Part shown: in pieces, positions 57,388 to 64,000 of the stretch
Layout of the letters: the number at the start of each line of letters is the position of its first letter
Numbering within the stretch: position 1 is the first letter of the stretch
DNA from: an uncultured bacterium
GTDB lineage: Bacteria; Patescibacteriota; Minisyncoccia; Phycocordibacterales; UBA2100
Reading direction: 5' to 3'
Length of the DNA stretch: 64,000 bases
Assembly: GCA_903858755.1 (NCBI GenBank)
Contig: CAIOKC010000029.1
Span: 1,059-65,058, forward strand
Program-made: the position numbers and the translations under genes
Notes under the pieces: generated by a model
What the model saw: the letters and a program-made list of their open reading frames with translations, nothing else
What the model was told of the DNA's origin: nothing
The model's database searches: none

Positions 57388-58130
57388 ACGAAAGAAAAAA
57401 TCACGCTCTGATCCTGGCGGCATATCTCGCTTTGTTCCCAGGGTCTACCTTGGCGTATAGTCAGGGCACATACTACAGCCAGTCGTACTATCAGTCGTAT
57501 TACCAATCTTACTACCAGTCCTACTATCAGGGGTACTACCAGGGCGGATACTACTCGCAGGCGTCGTACGGCGTTACGTTCACGACTCCGGTGACAGCGC
57601 TTGGAAATGTGTCGGTCTCTGGCGCGATAGGGAAAGGCGGCGGGTCGTTCGTCATCGACCATCCGCTCGATCCCGCGAACAAACTTCTCTACCACTCGTT
57701 TGTCGAATCTCCGGAGGTGAAAAATCTGTATGACGGCATCGCTACGCTCGACGCGAAAGGCGAGGCGGTCGTCCAACTCCCCCGTTACTTCGAGGCTTTG
57801 AATAAGGATTTCCGCTATCAGCTGAAGGGGTTGGACAAAGCGGCTCCGGATATCCATGTGAAAAAAGAGATTTCACACAACCGGTTCACGATCGCGGGAG
57901 GGCAGCCGGGCGCGCGGGTCTCCTGGCAAGTGACGGGTGTCAGGAAAGACCCGTACATTCTCGCGAACCCGATTATCCCTGAGGTCTCCAAGAGTAAGGA
58001 TGCGCTTCTCGGGGTCGGACAGTACGTCTATCCAGAAGGGTACGGGCTCGGGGAGTATTCGCCGATGAAGTATAGCTTTCAATTTTTCGCGGGAGTACGC
58101 GCTTTGATAGAGAACGTCATACGGTTGTAG
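57384..58130 (+). CDS. Secreted YYQ(S/G)-repeat protein with the FVIDHP domain
   Basis: ATGA overlap with the previous gene; signal peptide; Tyr-rich repeat; KGGGSFVIDHPLDP. Confidence 0.8.
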   Translation: MNERKNHALILAAYLALFPGSTLAYSQGTYYSQSYYQSYYQSYYQSYYQGYYQGGYYSQASYGVTFTTPVTALGNVSVSGAIGKGGGSFVIDHPLDPANKLLYHSFVESPEVKNLYDGIATLDAKGEAVVQLPRYFEALNKDFRYQLKGLDKAAPDIHVKKEISHNRFTIAGGQPGARVSWQVTGVRKDPYILANPIIPEVSKSKDALLGVGQYVYPEGYGLGEYSPMKYSFQFFAGVRALIENVIRL

Positions 58131-58139
58131 AATGTGTCC

Positions 58140-59327
58140 ATGCATCGGCTATCCGTTATCGCGGTCGCAGGTCTTGCCGCATGCGCGCTCGCCGTGTACT
58201 TCCTGGGCGTCTGGACACCGTATACGGAAGCGCGGACCATCGCGCGCGGCGCGGCCGATTTCAAGGAACTATCGGATCGATTCGCGGCGCTTGCGGAGAG
58301 GAAAGGAGCGGAGTACGCGTTTGAAGTGCTGCGTCGGACCCAATTTCCTCCGCAGACAGATCTTCATTTGCTCGGTCATGTGGTCGGCGATGAGCTCTAC
58401 AAACAGAAGGGCATAGAGGGAATCGCCGTCTGCACGCAGGATTTCCGGAATGCTTGCTCGCACTCCATCGTCATTGGTGCGCTAGATGAATACGGCGGTG
58501 AGGAAGCGCTCGGGCTCGTACGCGATGCGTGCGAGAAAGCGCCCGGAGGACCAGGCGCGTACACGATGTGCTACCACGGACTCGGACACGGCGTCTTCGC
58601 TTTTTTTGGATATGATCTCACGCCGACCGTCGCGTTCTGCGAGAAGACCGGCACCGAACGTTATCATGAGCAAGAGTATACGGAGTGCGTGGGCGGGGCG
58701 ATTATGGAGCTTATGGGTGGAGGCGGGCACGATCGCGAGGCGTGGCTCACGGCGAGAGTGAAATATTTGTCGGAAGACAACCCTCTGCTGCCTTGCATGA
58801 GCGGCGAGGTACCCGACCAGGCGAAAGCGCTATGCCTCGTCTACCTCACGCCGCGCCTTCTTGAGCTTGCCGGTGCAAACCTGGGGAATCCCGATCAGGC
58901 GCTTTTCCCAAAAGCGCTCGCATTCTGCGACGCGATACCGGCTTCGGAGCAAGAGCTGCGCGATGCGTGCTTCGGCGGATTCGGGAAAGAATTTGTGCCG
59001 CTTGCCGGGAAGCGCGATATCCGCCGAGTCGACGAGTTCACGGACCAGGAGTACAAGACCGCGATCGGCTGGTGCTTGCTCGCGGAATCGGACGACGGGC
59101 GGAGGGCATGCATCGCCGATGCGGTCGCCTCGGTCTTTTGGGGTGGCGAGAACGATCCGGAGGCGTCGTTCAGATTCTGTAAACTTGCGGAGGGAGTGTC
59201 GCGGGACGCTTGCTACAAGAGACTTGCTGAGGATATCGGAAGGTACGCGCAAGAGGATATCCGCAGCGATCTTTGCAGTCGTATCCCCGCAGATTCCCGA
59301 GGCGCGTGCGTTTCTTCCGGCTCATGA
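58140..59327 (+). CDS. Membrane-anchored Cys/His-repeat protein, paralogue 1
   Basis: HLLGHVVG, NACSHS, CYHGLGHG, CVGGAIME. Confidence 0.78.
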   Translation: MHRLSVIAVAGLAACALAVYFLGVWTPYTEARTIARGAADFKELSDRFAALAERKGAEYAFEVLRRTQFPPQTDLHLLGHVVGDELYKQKGIEGIAVCTQDFRNACSHSIVIGALDEYGGEEALGLVRDACEKAPGGPGAYTMCYHGLGHGVFAFFGYDLTPTVAFCEKTGTERYHEQEYTECVGGAIMELMGGGGHDREAWLTARVKYLSEDNPLLPCMSGEVPDQAKALCLVYLTPRLLELAGANLGNPDQALFPKALAFCDAIPASEQELRDACFGGFGKEFVPLAGKRDIRRVDEFTDQEYKTAIGWCLLAESDDGRRACIADAVASVFWGGENDPEASFRFCKLAEGVSRDACYKRLAEDIGRYAQEDIRSDLCSRIPADSRGACVSSGS

Positions 59328-60364
59328 TGCAGTACCGCGCCGCCCTTGTGTTCGGGCTCACTCTCCTTTTCGCAGGCGCGATTGTCATCTTCGGTGATGG
59401 GAGAACGACGATTTCCCCCGTCTCGGGACGAATCACCTCGTGGGAGGAGAAGATACGAGAGTACGGCGGAGCGCCTGCATATGAAATCCTTGCACAGGAT
59501 GTCGAGCGCTCGAGCGCTGAAGAGAAACATACGGCAGCGCATAATTTCGGGGCCGCGCTGTATCTCGTGGAAGGCGAGAACGGCCTTTTCGTTTGCGACA
59601 GCAGGTTTTCGTTCGGTTGTTTCCACGAATTTCTCGGCCGCGCGATCTCCGACCTCGGTATCGAGTCCGTCAAGAGGCTGAACGAAGGGTGTGTGGAGGC
59701 ACTCGGACCAATGGCGCTCTCGTGCCAGCACGGCATCGGACATGGCATACAAGCGTACTTCGGCTATACCGAGGATGCGTTGCGCGATGCCCTGCCCGTC
59801 TGCAGGGATCTTCCGTACAATGATCCAATCGGCGGATGCTACGGCGGTCTCTTCATGGAATACAATTTGGAGACCATGCTCGGCGAAGACGCCGTTGTTC
59901 GCGCACCGGAGGCAGGCGATCTCCAAGCCCCGTGCGACGACCTGTCGGAAGCGTACGCGCAAGCGTGCTATTTCTGGCAGCCGCAGTGGTGGCGGCAGAC
60001 GCTTCGGTCGGAAGGCGTCGTCGACGCTGAAAGTGCGTACGAGCGCATCGGGGAGCTATGTGACGAAGCCGGTGGCATATTCGCGCGCGCGTGCTTCGAA
60101 GGAGTGGGCAATAATATTCCTGTCGACGCCGATTTCGACGCGCGTGTGGCGAAGCGTCTGTGCGAAGTCGCGTCCGACGACTCTACGAAGCGTCTCTACT
60201 GCAAGTCGCTCGCGGCGAACTCTCTTGGCGTCGGCGGTGCCGGGAAGAAGGGCGACGCCGAGGCGGTGTGCGAGGGGCTCGCGGGAGATTCGCTCGCGTA
60301 CTGCATCGGGTATGCGCACAATACTCTCAATATCGCGGAGCCGGGCAAGTTCATTTCCGAATAA
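59324..60364 (+). CDS. Membrane-anchored Cys/His-repeat protein, paralogue 2
   Basis: HTAAHNFG, GCFHE, CQHGIGHG, CYGGLFME; ATGA coupling. Confidence 0.78.
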   Translation: MMQYRAALVFGLTLLFAGAIVIFGDGRTTISPVSGRITSWEEKIREYGGAPAYEILAQDVERSSAEEKHTAAHNFGAALYLVEGENGLFVCDSRFSFGCFHEFLGRAISDLGIESVKRLNEGCVEALGPMALSCQHGIGHGIQAYFGYTEDALRDALPVCRDLPYNDPIGGCYGGLFMEYNLETMLGEDAVVRAPEAGDLQAPCDDLSEAYAQACYFWQPQWWRQTLRSEGVVDAESAYERIGELCDEAGGIFARACFEGVGNNIPVDADFDARVAKRLCEVASDDSTKRLYCKSLAANSLGVGGAGKKGDAEAVCEGLAGDSLAYCIGYAHNTLNIAEPGKFISE

Positions 60365-60409
60365 TCGTGCAAGAATCCGCCTTCCAGGAAAATGATATAG
60401 TAGCCGGAC

Positions 60410-61570
60410 ATGCGCGTTCGCCTCGGGCTGGTGTTTTTCATAGGGGTCGCGATCGCTCTTTGTGTCTTGGCGAGCAGAGGCGGATCAGCCGACGCTCTGG
60501 CACAAAAGATCTCGACTGCGTGCCGCAATGCTGCCGATGCGGCGAAGTGCTACGAACAGGAAGTGCCGACTCTATACCCAAGGCACGCGGTCTCTGAGGT
60601 TTTCGATGTCGTGCGGGAGATACGGCACAACGATCCCTCGTATCAATTCTGTCATGTGCTCGCGCATCGGCTCGGGGAGCGAGTCGTTGCCGAGGACCCC
60701 GACCACTGGATTGACGCGATACCGCTCAACCCGCCGGACGGTCTTTGCTCCAATGGATTCATCCACGGCGTTGTGGGGGGTCGGTTTCGCGCGGAAGTTC
60801 TTGACGACGAGACGGTCCGGGCGTTCATCCCGGATTTTGCTCGCGCCTGCGAAGCGCGGGACAGCTGGCGACCGAGCGATCTCGATCGGGCGATTTGCTA
60901 CCATGGTATGGGGCATTTGTATACTTTCATCACCGACGCAGATATCCCAAAAGCACTCGACATATGCGACAAGACGACGCCGGGCGACATGCATCGCGTC
61001 TGCATCGAGGGCGTATTCATGCAGATCTACCAGCCGCTCGAGCCGGACGATTTCCTCATGCTCGAGCGCATGGATGACCGACCGTCGACGACGACCGTGC
61101 GGCGGTATTGCGCGCATTTTGACGACGACCGATACGAGGGGGCGTGCTTGAGGGAAAGCTGGCCGTATTTCAAGGATGAAATCCTTTCCGGCGAAGGCGC
61201 CGAGCGTTTTTGTTCCGGGCAACCTTCTTTCGAGGAGACGCGCGCATGTTTCGATTCGATATCTTCGATCGTCGGTCGCATGTCTCTCAACGAGCCGAAT
61301 AACGCCGTGCGTGCATGCGGGAAGTTCCCATCGTCGTTCAAGGAAACGTGTTTTGCGGCGACTGCACAGGCGGTGCTTGAAGAGAATCGATCCGACAGCG
61401 AAGCAGCGATCGGCATATGTAAAAGCGCGGGAGCGCAAGAGCGTCCGTGCGTCGAGGCGCTCCTTTTGAGAGCGGGGTTTGTTTTCGGGAGCGATACGAA
61501 GCGGTATACTGATTTTTGCCGGCGTCTTCCAGACGACCTGCGATCACAATGTCTAAACACCGCGCAGTAG
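60410..61570 (+). CDS. Membrane-anchored Cys/His-repeat protein, paralogue 3
   Basis: CHVLAHRLG, CSNGFIHG, CYHGMGH, CIEGVFMQ. Confidence 0.78.
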   Translation: MRVRLGLVFFIGVAIALCVLASRGGSADALAQKISTACRNAADAAKCYEQEVPTLYPRHAVSEVFDVVREIRHNDPSYQFCHVLAHRLGERVVAEDPDHWIDAIPLNPPDGLCSNGFIHGVVGGRFRAEVLDDETVRAFIPDFARACEARDSWRPSDLDRAICYHGMGHLYTFITDADIPKALDICDKTTPGDMHRVCIEGVFMQIYQPLEPDDFLMLERMDDRPSTTTVRRYCAHFDDDRYEGACLRESWPYFKDEILSGEGAERFCSGQPSFEETRACFDSISSIVGRMSLNEPNNAVRACGKFPSSFKETCFAATAQAVLEENRSDSEAAIGICKSAGAQERPCVEALLLRAGFVFGSDTKRYTDFCRRLPDDLRSQCLNTAQ

Positions 61571-62109
61571 CTTTGCTTCTCACGATTTTCGCGGCGCTGC
61601 CAGCGACGGTTGCCGAGGCTCATGCGCTCGACCCCTCGTTCGAGGTGCAGGTCGGCGAGTACCTCGTTGATATCGGATATGAACCGGATCCTCTGACTTC
61701 GGAGACGTACGCGCGCTTTAGCTTTGAGCTTTGGCTCAACGAACGAGGCAACCCGGTAGAGTACTCGCACGTGTGGGTGCGCATCATGCGGGATTCGACG
61801 ACGCTTTTCGCAAGCGGTATTCACCGGCAGGCGGTCGGTCCCACGACGCTTCTGTACACATTCCCGGATGCTGGAGCATATGTGCTGGATATAAGCTATC
61901 GGACCGAAGATAGCGAAGTGGCGGCGACCGAGATCCCGATCACAGTGACGCGGGGCGCAGACGGGAATCGCTCTGTGTTTGCCGTCTCGATCGTCGCTTT
62001 CTGCGCACTTCTTGCTGCAGCAGCCTTGTCCGCATGGCGCGGGGCGTGGCGGACTCCGTTCAGGTTTTGGCAGAGGCGCGATTTGGATCAGGGGGATATT
62101 TCCCGCTGA
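61549..62109 (+). CDS. Secreted beta-sandwich-like protein with predicted mature N-terminal His and C-terminal TM
   Basis: Signal ...AEA|HALD; YTFPDAGAY; TM VFAVSIVAFCALLAAA. Confidence 0.7.
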   Translation: MSKHRAVALLLTIFAALPATVAEAHALDPSFEVQVGEYLVDIGYEPDPLTSETYARFSFELWLNERGNPVEYSHVWVRIMRDSTTLFASGIHRQAVGPTTLLYTFPDAGAYVLDISYRTEDSEVAATEIPITVTRGADGNRSVFAVSIVAFCALLAAAALSAWRGAWRTPFRFWQRRDLDQGDISR

Positions 62110-63701
62110 CGGATCCCCTCGAATTCAAGAAATGCGCGCGTGTCGGCGCGGATCCTTCCCGGATCCTCTGTCGCGATGAGCCGCCAGTATGTCGTGATGC
62201 CTTCGGGCAGCGATGCCTCCCGCGACGCATCGCGCACGAGCACGGGGGGCGCTTCACGCACGTCGCTTTGCGTAAGGAAGAGCGATGGAAACGCCGTGCG
62301 CGTGAGGAAGAGGGTCCTCGCGTCGAGGTCGTACGGGACGCCTTGCGACGCAAGCCGGATGTCTTGGAGATTTACCTCCGCGATCCAGGACACGAGCATG
62401 TCTGTTTTTGCCGCGCGTTCTTTCCATAGATTCAAGAGTTCTTCGAAGTCGGCGAGGATCGATCCGTCATTCTCGCCTCTCACCTCTTGAGCCGCGTCGC
62501 GCAGATACGACCGCGCGAGGGTTTCTTGCGATCCGGGACCCGCGAGCAGCCTTCCACGGGAGGGAGTCGCGTACCCTGCGTGTTCGCTTGCAAAATCCGC
62601 CGCGGCTTGCACCGCTGCGGCGACGCCGAGGTCCGCCCCGATCTCCGGACATAGGTAGAATTCGAGCGGGTTGACGATGCTGTACTTCATGCCCAATGTC
62701 TCGCGCAAGTACTTCATGGTCTCGCCCTCGGAGTCGGCAGTCGGCGCATAAAAAATGTTGCCGCGAAAAACAAACGGGGCGCGACTTGCGACACTTCCCG
62801 AAAGAAACGCAAAGACGTACGGAGCGCGCTCGGTACGCACGCAAGCGCTCTCGTCGAGGAGCACGAATGCGGGGACGGTGCCGGTCGTCCAGGAGGCGAA
62901 TGGCACATGCGCGAAAGATCGGGCTGGTTCGCGGGAGGACTCATTTGGAACCGAAAGGGCGACGTCGTTCTCGCGGCACCGCTCGATCGCGCCCCGGAGG
63001 CACTGGGCGCGATCGCCAATCTCCCTCTCGATCGTCTCAAATCGGAGCACGAGCGCATCGAGAGAGGCGAGCAGGCTGTCCTTTGAGATCGCGCCGCCGA
63101 TCCCGAGGAAGACGAATGACTTCTCGCCCGCGCGCTCTGTGACTGCTGAGCGGAGCGCCCGCGCGCTTTCGAGCCCTTCCGCTGCCGTCTCGCGCAAAAG
63201 ACTTCGGTATGCGCGGGCGTCCTGCTCCGAGCCGGACGCCACGAATGCGCGGCGAGCGTCTTCAAGGTCGGCTACTTTTTCCAGGAACGCGATCGGGTAG
63301 AGCGCCTCGCGTACCGCGGCGGCGTCCTCTTTATTTGTTTGCGCGCGGGCGTATTCGTCCCGCGCGTGCGCCAGGTCGCCGGTAGATTTGCGGAGACGCG
63401 AAGTGTCCGTACCCGATATGCCGAATATGGGAGAGCGCTTTGCGAGCAGCTGCTCGTACGCGAGAGAGAGCGCGCGGAATCGCAGGTACCCTTCCACGCG
63501 CTTTCCGCCGAGAAACGCATCTCCTCCGCGCACCTCGTACTCGCTCGCCTGTATCGCCACCTTTGCCCGCGCGGTCTCTTTTGAGAGCGCGGAGGAGAAG
63601 AACGGCACAGCCTTTCGCGCCTGTGCACCCGACGCGGAGACGATGGTCAGGATCAGACACAAGAGGAGCGCGGCAGATAGGTATGCAAAACGGCGAGTCA
63701 T
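62088..63701 (-). CDS. Hypothetical exported protein
   Basis: 537-aa ORF with N-terminal signal/TM; overlaps the upstream stop codon by 4 nt. Confidence 0.7.
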   Translation of the reverse strand: MTRRFAYLSAALLLCLILTIVSASGAQARKAVPFFSSALSKETARAKVAIQASEYEVRGGDAFLGGKRVEGYLRFRALSLAYEQLLAKRSPIFGISGTDTSRLRKSTGDLAHARDEYARAQTNKEDAAAVREALYPIAFLEKVADLEDARRAFVASGSEQDARAYRSLLRETAAEGLESARALRSAVTERAGEKSFVFLGIGGAISKDSLLASLDALVLRFETIEREIGDRAQCLRGAIERCRENDVALSVPNESSREPARSFAHVPFASWTTGTVPAFVLLDESACVRTERAPYVFAFLSGSVASRAPFVFRGNIFYAPTADSEGETMKYLRETLGMKYSIVNPLEFYLCPEIGADLGVAAAVQAAADFASEHAGYATPSRGRLLAGPGSQETLARSYLRDAAQEVRGENDGSILADFEELLNLWKERAAKTDMLVSWIAEVNLQDIRLASQGVPYDLDARTLFLTRTAFPSLFLTQSDVREAPPVLVRDASREASLPEGITTYWRLIATEDPGRIRADTRAFLEFEGIRQREISP

Positions 63702-64000
63702 GGCGTCTTAGCGGAGCCGAAGTCGTGCACGCTGAAGTAGCGGCGGATATCCTGCGCGAGTTGCGAACGCAGTGTTTCGTCCGCGGAAAGTTCTGAGTAA
63801 AAAACATACGGCTGCTTTCTAATCGGGACGTACGTGCGGGGGAATAGCGGGTCCTCGATACGCGCGACGGAGGGGTTGTTCGTCAGAAAAAGAATGGTGA
63901 ACGCGCTGCGGGCGAAAAAGAGATTTGCCGCAGAGAGGTCGACCGGCACGTCGCCCGAAGAGATCGCGTGCAAATTCGCGTTCTCGGTGCGCACGATGTT
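63698..64000 (-). CDS. Partial CDS (C-terminus; starts beyond the window)
   Basis: Open frame up to the window edge; stop overlaps the next ATG. Confidence 0.55.
   Translation of the reverse strand, partial: NIVRTENANLHAISSGDVPVDLSAANLFFARSAFTILFLTNNPSVARIEDPLFPRTYVPIRKQPYVFYSELSADETLRSQLAQDIRRYFSVHDFGSAKTP

Noticed and set aside
53017-58130. Prophage
   Set aside because: No capsid, terminase, portal, integrase or lysis genes; the proteins carry signal peptides or TM anchors
58140-61570. Multiheme c-type cytochromes
   Set aside because: Motifs are CxH and HxxxH, not CxxCH

Overview
Gene-dense, GC-rich bacterial window. The gene content (murA/C/D, secA, gatB, rsmI, a standalone TraD/VirD4-like ATPase, lamin-tail/PKD and HTH-TM-fibre surface proteins, tRNAs without encoded CCA) suggests Patescibacteria/CPR (Parcubacteria, Kaiserbacteria-like); this placement is an inference. 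Layout: 0.2-16.6 kb housekeeping genes plus a cobalamin-riboswitch-controlled pair of DUF4430 proteins; 16.6-40.6 kb a large surface-glycan locus (many GT4/GT2, a Gtr/ArnT-like module, fnlABC, flippase, O-antigen-ligase-like); 40.6-46 kb two unannotated micro-ORFs, secA, a RAYT and gatB; 46-58 kb a surface-fibre locus (two HTH-TM proteins, a phage-like LamG/SPRY fibre, three proteins sharing one C-terminal domain) interleaved with two more RAYT transposases; 58-62 kb three Cys/His-repeat paralogues plus a protein with a predicted N-terminal His. Highlights: (1) three RAYTs, each with its own cognate palindrome, one family with locus-specific mirrored arms and copies of other families inside coding genes; (2) DNA-binding domains tethered through the membrane to a giant fibre; (3) a transcobalamin-like B12 capture operon; (4) pervasive leaderless -10/ATG architecture. 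All calls come from motif reading by eye; no database searches were run.
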